Below are positions 1 to 12,080 of a DNA stretch of 64,000 nt, one piece after another (within the stretch, counting starts at the first letter, position 1; each line of letters opens with the position of its first letter). The DNA is from Oikopleura dioica (lineage: Eukaryota > Animalia > Chordata). Location of the stretch: positions 13,392,001-13,456,000 of the forward strand of contig OU015568.1 of the NCBI GenBank assembly GCA_907165135.1, read 5' to 3'. The position numbers and the translations under genes are program-made. The notes beneath the pieces were generated by a model. The model did not search any database. It saw nothing but the letters and a program-made list of their open reading frames with translations, and had not been told where the DNA came from.

Positions 1-997
1 AAAAGTTCTAACCGAAGGGAGGAGAGAAGAGAAAAGAAGTTGAATCTTCTTTAATTATTCTGGATCAATCGAGTTACAAAAATGTTTTCGATTCTTCTGA
101 CAACTCAAACTTTCGTTGATCAAAAAAAACCTGTTATTCACCATTTAAGAAGCCTTACATAAAAAACGTTGTGATGGGATTAAGTCAAGAGTCAATAAGC
201 GACATCTTTTCATCTCGAACAAGACCTAAATCGACATCTTTCCCGCCTAAACATTCACTTTCTTCTTTCGATTGTGGACAAAAGTCAACGTTTTCAGTGT
301 TTCACGGAAAGGATGATTGAATAAGTCGGAACTCTGGTCTTAAAATCGCGCAAAAAGTTTGACCAAGTAATATTGCTGCTAAGAAAATGGACGGAACTTG
401 AGCACAATATCGGCATCACCTGATGATGAATCCAAAATCGATGAATCAACATTGGAGCCCAAGTGTTAATTAATGAAGGAGGGAAGAGTGTTATAGTATG
501 GCTATAACGTATGACTGTTTTACTGCATAGCATTTCTGCTTCTGATCACTGTGCGCGCCCAACACGCGGCGACCTTTCCCTTTTCCCTTTTGTTATTAAT
601 TATTCACTGCACCACCAATAATTTCGGCTGCTCCGCCGATATTCTCGCGCGGCGCTCCGATATTCTCGGAAGGGCCGAGAATATCCGCGGACGCTCTCCC
701 GATATTCTTGGACGTTGCTCTGATATTCTCGGATAGGCCGAGAATATCCCTGTAGAAAAGTGTACCCTATATAAGGACGACACCCACCATCAAATCAGTA
801 ACGTTCTCAGGGGTCACTTTGAGCAAGACCTACGGCTTTATGCCTAGAGATTACTGTACTGAGACTGTACTAGCGCTGGTCGCAGAATAAATCGGAAACG
901 CTTATTAGCTTTTTATTACAATTGTAGTGTGTCTTTATTTCACGCAAGCCATACTGCAACACTAGCACTCAAATAAAAGGGAGAAATATTATATTGA

Positions 998-3280
998 TAC
1001 AGTATATTCAAAACCATATTCAGAAGTCATCTTTTCGAAAAAAATACAGATGTTAGAACATGTTCAAAACTGCTGAACATTCTCGTCAACGATCTTCTCA
1101 AAGAATTTTCTGAACAAAATGCGAAAATAATTGACACTCTAATTCAAAAAGTCCATCATGACCGAGGGCCGGAAGCAATAAGAAAATCCTTAGCATCAGT
1201 TCTTTTATTCCAAAAGATAAATCCGCTGCTCAGCCACTTATTCCCTTTTGTAAACGTCAAGTCTTCCGAATTGATTTCATCCGACATTCCTTGGATTCCT
1301 TTACTAAACACGAAATATGGAGATCTACGTAATATAATCAGACATAAATGTGAAGGCCTTGTACGACCAATTTACGAACCAATGAAGACTTTACTCAGCT
1401 CTGATTTGGACCCGGTCTCCAAGAAAAACTTATCATCAGAATTGATTGAAGTCCTCGTTGATTCCAGTTTGCATAATCATTTTAGCAAAGCTTATATGCC
1501 GAACAAATTTCATTTCGACAAAGTAATTGGGAAGTTTCGCCATCAAATAAAGCGAATTTATGAAGACCCAGAATTTGTTCATGCTATGATTCCATACCTC
1601 TCAACTATAAATGCTCATTATCTGAAGAATCATGTCTGTTTGCTTCGGAATATCGAACGTAAGAATGGAAATATCGAGCTGGAGCGCACGATTCTGGATT
1701 TGCAAAAAGAAGTCAAATATGGACGAATTCCATCTTGGGAACTGGGAATGGCACTGAGGGGCTTCAGAACATATGACTTAAAATATACAACACCAAGTGA
1801 ACTTGAAGACTGGCTCGATGAAATTCTTGAATATGACGGAATTAATAAAGATATAGCCAGGCAAATTTTCAAAGACATGAACACACCCTGGCTTTCGTCA
1901 AATAATTCGGAGCTGAAGGTCTTGGAAAAGTTGTATTTCTTCGCAAAAGAAAAGAGAATGAAGAAATCGATTAGAGAAGCCATCGTAAGGGAGATAGGAA
2001 ACAGAGCTCTCGATCCGTCGCCATTATGTCTACTAGCGATGGGAGTGAGCAGCAAACTCGCAAAATCTGGAATTGACTTTCCTCGCGCAGTCACGAAGAA
2101 GTTCGACGCAGATTTCAAAAAAACTTTGAACTCAATAAACAATCCTCTTCGAATACGCGATTTCACATTAAACTTTATTGACTACGCGGAAGCTGTCTCC
2201 GCGGACGAGCTGGAGAAGCTCATTGCTACACTTCCGGATGATCTTGCTGAGTCTGTGCGACAAGAACTGGGCTCGAGCAATTCTGATGCTTTATTAGACG
2301 TTAGCGGTTTCAGTGAGTTTGAAGAAATGATGGATGCGATTTTGATGCGCTCGGCACGAACAAGAGATTCGGACATAAAAATTGTGATGGAACATCTTAT
2401 CAAAACATCAAATCATGCTGTTGGTGTGAGATTCTTGGAGGCACTTCAGACGGACTCAAAGTTGCTCGGACAGTTTGATTACTTTAATCACATTCATCTC
2501 GAGTTCGCGTATTTTCTCTACACCTCGGATAGCTACTTGGACATCGTTGGCCACGAATGGGAAAAGAACCTTTTCAAGAATGCTAAGAAATATGATATTA
2601 GGTGAGTTTTATTCAATGAAGTAAGGAACTTGTAGACTCAGGTTTATGATGATTTCACCAATTTTACTGGAAAAACGATTCGAATCTTGGGGAACCTACT
2701 TCCATAAAAGTGTTGGCCGTTCGTTTTCGATTTATTCTTGGAACATCAAAAACAACCCAGACGACGATTTCATCATTCTCAGGTCAATGTGCGACTGGCA
2801 GTCGTTGTACAAACTTTGTGAAATGAAAAACTGCCCGACAATGTGGCGAAAATTTCTCGACAAGGCTGCGAATCATCACTGCGATTACGAATATTTTGTT
2901 CGCTCGTTTATTGAGTTCGATAACTTGAAAGGACTCAAACGAGTGCTTTATTATTTCAACTGGAAGGATTTTTCACTGCATGCAAGATTGGAATACAGGA
3001 TGATTCATGTAGTGAGGTTAGTTCGATAACTATTTGGTCAAATAATAGACATCTTTATAGGGAAATTGTTCAATCAAGGCGAGTTGATTTCATTGAAATG
3101 CTGGTCGAATACTTTGACGAAAAGGTGCCAAAATACGGATGCAAGGAGCTTCAAAATTTACATCCAGTCTTGATCGAACTCGAATTGATGCATTTGTTTG
3201 ACAAGATTCAGCCGCACTTGGATGCGCACTGGGAGTACAAAAATAAAACTCTGAAGAAAGGAATACAGAGAGGTAAATAA
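998..3280 (+). CDS. Uncharacterised multi-exon protein (at least 3 exons; 5' end not resolved)
   Basis: The frame of ORF 1271..2605 stays open back to ~998. AG|GTGAGT donor at ~2601, then coding-like segments 2646..3029 and 3098..3280. No family motif recognised. Confidence 0.6.
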
Positions 3281-3537
3281 AGCTTTTAACATAAGACCTG
3301 AACAATAATCATTAATCTAAATCATTATTTTTAGTAGAAGAGCAACTAAACATCGTGTAAAAAGGGTTATTCTCAAGAGAGGATTTGTGAGCTGATTGGC
3401 CAAAAGCTAGCTGCGCTAAGGGAACCGACGCGTATCCCCAGGGTCACTTTCCTGAAGAAAAAGAGATTCGGATAATCTTCTGTTTGAAAATCTAAAAAAG
3501 TGATGTGATTATTAAAAAAGTTTATTTTAGATATTAA

Positions 3538-6040
3538 ATGGGGCGATCTCGGTCAGAATCTGAAGAAAGAGGCCGGAAATCGAAAAAGGATAAAAAATCC
3601 AAAAAGGATAAAAAGTAAGAGCAGTCGAAATGAGTTTACCGATCTTCAAATTTTAAAGGCGAGATGAATCATCTGATGAAGAGTCGGTTGAACGAGTGAA
3701 AAAGTCGAAGAAGGAGAAGCGAAAGATCTCCAGCGATACCTCACCCTCTCCTCCAAGAAAGAAATCAAAGAAATCGAAGAAGAAAAAGTCCAAAAAGGAG
3801 AAAAAGTCGAAAAAAGAAAAGAAGAAAAAACGCTCGAAGTCGTCTTCGTCTGAAGAAGACTCTTCCGACTATTCTGACTCGTAAGCACTGATTTTTTTTG
3901 CAAAGTTTTGAGTGAATCTTTAGCTCTGATGACAGCTCAGAATATGAATCGTCTGATGTCGAATCCGAAAAGAGCGTCAAGAAATCGAAAAAGTCGAAGA
4001 AAGACAAAAAAGAATCCAAGGAACGGTCTAAATCTTTCCAGAAAGAAACTTCATTTGATAAAGCACTAAAAGCGTTCGCTATCGATAGAGGGATCAAGAA
4101 GGTTTGTGTTCATGTTGTAGCGTAGCGAATTTCGTGTCTTGATAAGTCATGATTAAAGTAGAAGAGTCATTTATCCATTTAACTAATTCTCATTTATCGC
4201 ATCCAAGTTAGACCCATTTCGTAGTCAGAAATGGTGAGTGAACGTCCTAACTTTTCTCGTTCTATATATTTCTGCATAGGAACGCACAGTGAAACTCGAG
4301 CGGAAACGAAGCCCCGAGAAGCGCCGTGAAAGAACTCCAGTGAAGCCGAAGCTTGAACGGCGATCTTCTCCAGATCGTCGACGGGACGACGACCGACGCG
4401 ATTCCAGAAGAGATAGAAGTCCTGATCGAAAAGAACGCACGGACTCCCGCACCAAAGACAGCAGAGGTGACCACAATCAACGAAAAGAGCGAGAAAGAAG
4501 CCGGGATCGTTCCGACTCGCGAAAAGAGCGAGACCGCCACTCAAATGGAAGCGCGAGGGATCGAGATCGAAACCGATCTGATAGCCAGAGATCAAGGAAC
4601 GAGCCTGTTCACTCTATGGAGGTTGCAAAAGTTGACGATAGAAACAACGGCGGGCGGAAAAAGAACGGAGCCGACGAATGGTCGATTGCGCAGGAGATTT
4701 CAGTTGAGCCTGTTCGTCTTGCAGAAGACTTCGCAGATCCCGACAGAGAGCCGCTCGAGACTGCGTACGGCATTCAGTTTCCTCTTGATTTCTTCCGCCT
4801 CTATGAGCTCATGTGCAAGCTTTCTCCGGTACACTTAAAAAATGATCAATCAAGCTAACCCTTTCTAGCACGATCCTCTCACTTCGTTCAGCGTTGTTGG
4901 TCTTATCGCAGTCGGACCGTTTGAAGAGCTTCATAAGATGCGCCGATTCGACGGGTATTTACCTGACCCTGAGTGCCAGATGAAACTCAGCCTCCAACAC
5001 AGATACTACTTCGATCCACCAGAATTTCAGACGCTTTTCATTTCCAACAAAGATGCATTCCATCTTGGTTACTGGCGAATCAGGTAGGAACAACACTTAC
5101 AACTAAATTTTCGAGCGTTACCTAGCCCGGATCAAATGCCTGCCTACGTAGTTGGAAATGCAGGGATCAACAAAGTCGTTACTTCGGAGGGTTCAAATCT
5201 TTTCTCGGCTTTCAAAAACTATATCTGGATGAAACAAAGAAAATCATCAAGAACTGGTGCTTCGAACTTGAAGAAAATCTACGACGAGGTATTTTTACGA
5301 ATAAAACACTTATTTACTATCACTTTAGGTTGCCAAATTCTGCGAGGAAGTTCCTGACATCAATTCTGATCGTAAAAACGACGAGCTCATCAAAAAGAGT
5401 TTTCAGGTTAATTGTTTTATGCCTACTGTCTGTTTTATGTTTATTTTTCAGGTCGAGGCTAAATCTGCGCATGCAATGGGGGTTCTAGTCCCGTGGGACT
5501 TTCATTCGGGAGAGTTTATCCAAACAAGAATTTCCAGAAAAGCTGGCTACGGTCATATTGGGTACACGCTGGATGAAATTGAGCTCATGTTTTCCAATGT
5601 CGTCAACGCGATCGACGATGTTTCACGAATGAAAGCGATGAAGCCGTTCGATACACTAGCAAGTCGTATTGTTAATGAGGAAGACGGAAAAGTCGATGGA
5701 GCTATTCTTGGCATGGAGTTTGGACTCGATCTTTTTGCTTATGGATCCGAACATCTCCATGCAATCACGAAGAAAGTATTGATGCATTCATATAATGCGC
5801 TGAGGTGAGGTCTTTCTTCGACTAAAAGATCGCGAATTTTCATTTAGCCGCGGCTTGTGGGCACAAATCTTGGATCTTCATCTCGATGATCGGCGTAAAA
5901 ACGACTACCACCGGTCCGATGTCGGTCGGGATGGACGCATTGTCAGACAGAAAGTCGTTCCCCCGCGCACTCTCCTCGAGCAATTGAAAGGAAGACGAGG
6001 CCCTCGCGAGTTCAAAGGCGGCGCCGCGGATTGGAACTGA
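3538..6040 (+). CDS. HPF1: Histone PARylation factor 1 (HPF1/C4orf27) homolog with long K/S/R/D-rich N-terminal extension, ~9 exons
   Basis: Spliced translation gives LETAYGIQFPLDFF, LQHRYYFDPPEFQT, HLGYWRISPDQMP, AHAMGVLVP, GMEFGLDLFAYGSEHLH and LWAQILDLHL, matching HPF1 motifs (LHWRYYYDPPEFQT, HGAGLVVP, GLELGMDLFCYGSHYFH). GT-AG introns throughout the HPF1 domain. ATG at 3538 follows a tttag acceptor. Confidence 0.88.
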
Positions 6041-6778
6041 CGTGCAATCTGGAAATCAATTGTGTCGCCACTGCCTGACCACGACCCACCATCAGAAACT
6101 GTCAATTAGAGCTCATTTTTAGATCAACTTTAATAGTAATATTTGAATGTCTCAAACGATGTAACATCATCATTGACCGTACCATTAGTCGGATAAAATA
6201 AAAATTTTCTCCAGAAGATTCCAAGATTTCCATGAAAATACGACTGGCACTCGCGCGTAACGATTCTTATGAGTCAAGTACAACCATTGATGGCTTGGTA
6301 AGCCTGTCTTACCAATATATTTTCGTAGCTCTCATACTAATATCAATCATTTTGAGTTCTTTTTATGTTTTTTTATAAGTATTTGCCTTATCATCTGTAA
6401 GCCATCAAGTACTTGACTCGATCATTTGACGAAGTCTGAACAGACTCATCTTGATTCAGAATGGCCATCAAACACTTTTCGCCCAAATACGCTCAGTATT
6501 TCGGCTAATTATATGGCTTTGTAAGGGCATTGTGACCAAAATGATTCAAGTCCAACTCTCAGCGAACTTGGATGAAGGAAAAAGTTATATCGTCTTTCTC
6601 AGGCGCATAACTTTTCAAAGTGATCATCTTGCAGTATCCAACACCAAGTCACTTCGTATACAAAATTAGGCTTGCAATTCATTTAATGGGCGTAGAGGGG
6701 GATCGTATACGAACTGATTTGTATGTTTATCATTTTCAACAAGCAATTGCTACAACAAACACTTGTTTATATTGTAGA

Positions 6779-7804
6779 ATGGGGCATGGAATTCGTGATC
6801 AGCTGCTCCAACTCGTTGATGAGGTAGAAAAGCTAACCACCGAGGTTTTTGAGGCGGTTCAAGAAGGCAACCAAGCGGAAAATCTACTCGAGTTGTTGAT
6901 GAAAAAGGTAGTTTATATTTTCTCTTGCTTGCTGGTAAACAAAGAGTTTGTTGAGACGAATACAAGCCATTACGAGTATTTCTTATTTTTTGTTTAGGAT
7001 CAGCAACTAACGGAATCGCTACGGATCGCGGATATTCAACTTCAGCTGCATCAGCAAATCACAGAATGTAACGCCCAGATTGAGCTGTACAACGGGCGCA
7101 TCTCGCGCTATCAAAAGAAGCTCTCCGAAGCCTCTGACAGTCTCCTTCCGGCCCTGTCACAGGCGAAGAAGCGCTTGAAAATAATTCAGGAAGCTGAGGA
7201 TAAAAAAATTCTCGCCGAAGATATCGTCAAGTACTCGCATAAACTGTGTGCCAGCCATTCAAATATTGCGCCAACAGGGCAGAGTTTTTTAAATAACTGT
7301 GACCTTCTCAACACTCGAGCGATGAGAAGCTAGACAAATAGTAAAGAACTCAATATCAGGCTGGCTTCCAGGTGATCCACGACGCCCCTACCCAACCGAA
7401 CACGACATGAGAGCTGGAATTCTTCATCACCTCGCTCAAGGAAACATCTCTATTCATCCTGACCAGGCAAAGCCACTGCCACAACTGGGCACAGATGGCC
7501 TCAGAACACTCATTGATAGCAAGAGCGATCCGAATAATCCCGGACTTGGTGCAACTTGGGTCCGTGGAGAGTCAAGCGCTAGTCAGCGAAATCAGCAAAT
7601 ACCTCCAGGTAAATTGCCTAGAAGATCAATCAATAAATCAAGGAGGAAAAACCCTGAAGTCTTCTCGGTTGTATTTACTTTTGTGAATAACGCTGATGAC
7701 CTTTAGTTTATATTTTCCTTTTAGGGGTGAATATCAAACCGTCAGGATACCAACAACAAGACTCCAGTTCCGATTCAAGTTCTGACTCCTCTTTCGGAGA
7801 CTAA
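6779..7804 (+). CDS. MED4: Mediator complex subunit 4
   Basis: Exons give [62 protein letters not shown] and an acidic SSDSSSDS tail, matching MED4 ([21 protein letters not shown]). Confidence 0.92.
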
Positions 7805-10800
7805 ACCTCTCACTGCCACAAATCACGAAATAAAACTTTGACAAACTAGCTTTCATAAATTTCTCTCGTGAATGAATTTTCATGAGAAAAACATTCTTTC
7901 TGGTTCAATGACATGCAAATCAGAACAGATATCTACCTATCTCAGAGCGTGTAATTATCTCAGGTCATCTCATGGTCAACAGTAAATTTATTATGACTGA
8001 AACGGCACCCCATTGCCCTTAGTAACGCTCTTCATAAATCTTGTCGCTTTGCTATTTGGAAGCCCGTTTTCCCTTTATTTGCGGTACTATTACACTGTCA
8101 ATATTTCCCCCATCGTGGTTGTGACTTAAAAACTGTCAGTTTGAGCTTGAATCCTGATTCAAGATTGCACTTTCTGTGATTTTTATCGATCAGGCGGCTT
8201 TAGTATCGTGTACGCGCCGTTTGTGTGAGACGGGATTATCTGAGGTGTCCAGTTTAAGGCTATAGTTCCGGAATAGTGATTTAAATCATTGCACCACCTC
8301 TGTCCTAGAGTGTGGTAAGGTCAACAAATGTATAAGGTTTCAGGCGCGGACGCAGGTGTGGTGCTCCGGAAGCTTTTAGCCCTAGGGTGCACTCCTCCAC
8401 CGGACATTGCACCAAGCGAGGTCTAGGAAAAATATACTTCCCGTGACGATCAAAGCAATTTTCATTGCGCCAGGTGGATCAAACGAGGTGGATTGTTTTA
8501 TTGCCCGCGAGAGTTGCGGCTAAGCTTTTCGACTGCTTGCCAAAAATTCTTGTGACTACTTCCAAAAGCTATTTTTGACTTGTTTCAGAAATTTGCCACA
8601 AAAATATATCCGGAACGAGTCATTTCTTTATTGTGGTTTCATAATTTTTTGCGCTTATTTTCATTGTACAGTTCAATTTATGAAGTAACAAGCGTGATTC
8701 GCAAGCTAACATTAGAGCATCAGAAATCAGAATTCACGAAAAAGGTAAACTCCTTTCGACCGTCTCGTGGCCCTCTCACCTCGCATCGGAATTTACTCTT
8801 TTACAACTTCCCCGGGTCATAAATCCCTCAACTTCTTGCTTGATTTTGCTTCCTGCAGGATATCGTCGAACTTTGAGTCTGCAAGATTCGGTGGGTACTG
8901 CGCGCGTGAGCACCCTACCAAGCAAGAAGCTCCCGTCACCAGGTGTTTCATTGGTGCTGCGAGCTGGGCGATGTGCCTTATGCGCTGGTGCCGGAGGTGG
9001 CTCGTAGTTGGCAGTAGTGTCGTCCGTGGGCTAGTTGAATGGTTTTGGCGTCGCGCGCCCCCTAACTGCGCGCTACGCTGCTCAACGAATACACAATTTC
9101 ATATTTCGTTTTACAATTCGCTTTAATTTACTATTTTCTCAGCACAAGAGTTAACTCGCCCTTGAATAAAAGAAACACAAAGAATCAGAGACAGAATTTA
9201 CAACGGATAGAGATAAGGGAAGAAGATGCGTTGGAATAGTTTCTCGCCGTTTTTTGCGGGACTGATAAGTGCACAGTTTACTGATGACCACTTAAAAGTC
9301 ATGGAGACGCATTTACTAAAGGTAATCATCAGATATAGAAGTTGTTGATAAAGTGTCCCCAGAAGAAATCCTGGCGCCGGGGGGTCTGTAAAGCGATCAC
9401 CACTGAGCTAGAAACACCCGGCTGTGGAGAATTTTTTAAGGCGCATTTTTGCGACTTCCGGGGCAAATATTTTCACTTCCGGACAAGTTACTTGTGTAAA
9501 GTGCTCTGTTCTCAAGTTGACCAGTGATTATACCCGCGCCTATAATGTGGGCATAAGTGCTGGTGATTATGCACCGTCTTTTGGTGCCTTAGCGTACTTT
9601 TTTAATTATGGAAAAACATCAGAAGACAGGGGGTATACGGAAAATAGGATAGGCTTAGCCACAAAGCTGTGTGCACAGCGTTTTTTCGCGCAGTGCTTGG
9701 GTGTTGACGTGCCCTGGGGGTTGAGCCCATGAAAGAGAGGGTTCTTTGAAAAACTTAACCCCTTGGAAATCAGATCTCGTTATTGCAGCACGTTCACTTC
9801 CGTGAAGGATCTGAGAGGGCACACGTTCAGTTAGCACCTTTTTAGGCTCCTCAGATGAAAAGAAAATGTAGCACGAAAAAAATTTTATGAGCTCCCAAAG
9901 TCGCATATGGCAGTAGCCATACCTGGCCTTCTTGAAAAAATACGAGTCGAGGAGCAATGAATAACATAGGCCAGCTGGACACCCTTCAACGCCCTGTAAA
10001 ACAATTTATCTCAAGATGATTTGGAGCGAATTATGAGTCGCTTTGATCTATTGTTCTGAGTAATTTGGCGTTATGAAATAACTTGTTCTTGCTAAAGTTG
10101 AAATCATAAAAGACTATCGCTACAGCTCTTAATGAGGGAAAATACACGGTTTTAATTTGACAGGCAACATTGTCGTGATAATCTGAAACAATCTGTATAA
10201 AATGACCGTCTTCCTCTTGCGGATAATTTTCGCTGGAACTCGAGATGTCAAAATCAAACCCCTAACAAGTGACTGTGACAAAAAGTTGCCGATCCACAAA
10301 ATTCCGATTTTGAGCAATCCGGAAAACTACGGTTAAAAGTAATGAAAATTTTTCGCAGCAACCACAAGCGAAGCTGCGCAATTTCGCCAAACTTTGACAC
10401 TTGCTGCGTTCTGCTTGCGGAAGAATTTATTTCACTTCCTGCCACAGTGACACCGCCAGAGCGCATCATCAGAACACCACCACCATGGCGAAAATAATTA
10501 TCCAACTCAAAGTCAATAATCAGACAATGTCAAGTGGGAGTCAGATTTCCGGAACAGTCCATAAATTCCTCCTTGAATGATGATATTATCAGGAAAAAGG
10601 CTTTGCGTCATCGGAGCGATTTTATTGAGCATCACCTGAAGTCGTTAGAGTGGTTCACTGAAATGTCATGTTCACGGCTCTTCTCATTACGAAGATTATA
10701 AATCTGTAATCGTGCTTTCAAAAGCCACATTATAGGAAGACCCTTTGAAGGCAGTTCTCAAGGCGCTATGGAAATTTGTGCTGATTAGCTGGTACATGAC

Positions 10801-12080
10801 TGAAAAGCCGGAAATTTTTAGAACATAAAGAATAATCTTCGTCCGGTAGTCCTTCCCGAAACTTCCGGCGTGTCTCCCCTAAACTTGGGTTGGTTTGACT
10901 TGGGCAGGCGCGCGGTGCCTGGTGGTCTGGCCCGTCCCGTCTGCACCAAATCGATCATTAGAGGTTCATAGTAAATAGCCGTTGAGATCATTAGGGCTGA
11001 TTTGATTTCAAACGACACATAACGGGCCACCACTAATGAGCGCTCGCCTCCGTATGATGAGTCTCTTTAGAAAACTCCTAGAAACCTCATTTTATCGAAC
11101 AAAAAACCCTTCCCAAATGTCTTCCCAAAGATCGGAATTAAAACAGAAATTCATAAAAGCTTGCGGGCAACGTGACGTGTGTGCCCAAGCGCGCAATTCT
11201 TCAGCGCAGATCGCGAGATGAGTGCAAATTTAACCAGCTGGGCACACAACGATACAAACGTGAAATATTAGCACGGCAAATCTAGCGCCAGAAAGGAAAT
11301 AAGCTTGCCAATCTGATAGCTTGCGCCGGATGTTACTCCGTATAAACCATTCTTCTAGTATATTTTTTCCCTGTAAACTCTGATCAATTCAGTAGTGTAA
11401 ACGGTAGATTAGAACAGTAAACTCTCAGTCTGAGTAAGGCCTGGAGAATTCGCTCCGAAATAGAATGAATATCACGTGGTTTATTTATGAAAACTAAAGA
11501 ACATTGATTCAAGATTTATTTTGTACAAAATAAACCTCCAGAAGCTTAATTCAATGAGCGCGTAACGTAATATTTTGCAGAGGCATTAATTTTTGCGCTC
11601 TGAAGTAGGCTAAATGCCAATTCTTGAGTGGTTTGATGGGTCTCGCGCGGGTGGTTGTGTGACACTTCCGCCGCGGTTGCCGGTTCGCGCGGGGGAAAGG
11701 AGAGATTTAGACCTATATCCGGATCCTGGCACGGCTTCCGTTGCTTTGAGAAGCTGCCGAGTTCCGCGCGAGCGGAATTTCGCATCCACCTCTCTTCACA
11801 CAAAACGGATGTCCTCTTCCTAACGCAGCTCTAAAATACTGATAAGGATCTGCCTTTTTCTGGTACAGGAATCTTCCTTTCCGCTCAGAGAAGTAATGTC
11901 TTCACATTTACACTTAAACTTTCCGATTTGGCAAGTTAAATTCTTCCTCCGCAACGAATTTATTTCAATATTTGATCGACCATAAAATAAATGCTCGTTG
12001 CTCTTTTTGCCCGCCATTTTCATACCAACAAGATTCCATCAAATATCGCTGACCACATAAATTCTAACATCTCGTTTTAG

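Noticed and set aside
551-736. 61-aa ORF with repeated DILG
   Set aside because: Translation of the short GATATTCTCG repeat cluster.
4353-4838. Alternative-frame 161-aa ORF overlapping the RS/RD exon
   Set aside because: By-product of the purine-rich low-complexity sequence; the other frame is continuous with the HPF1 domain.
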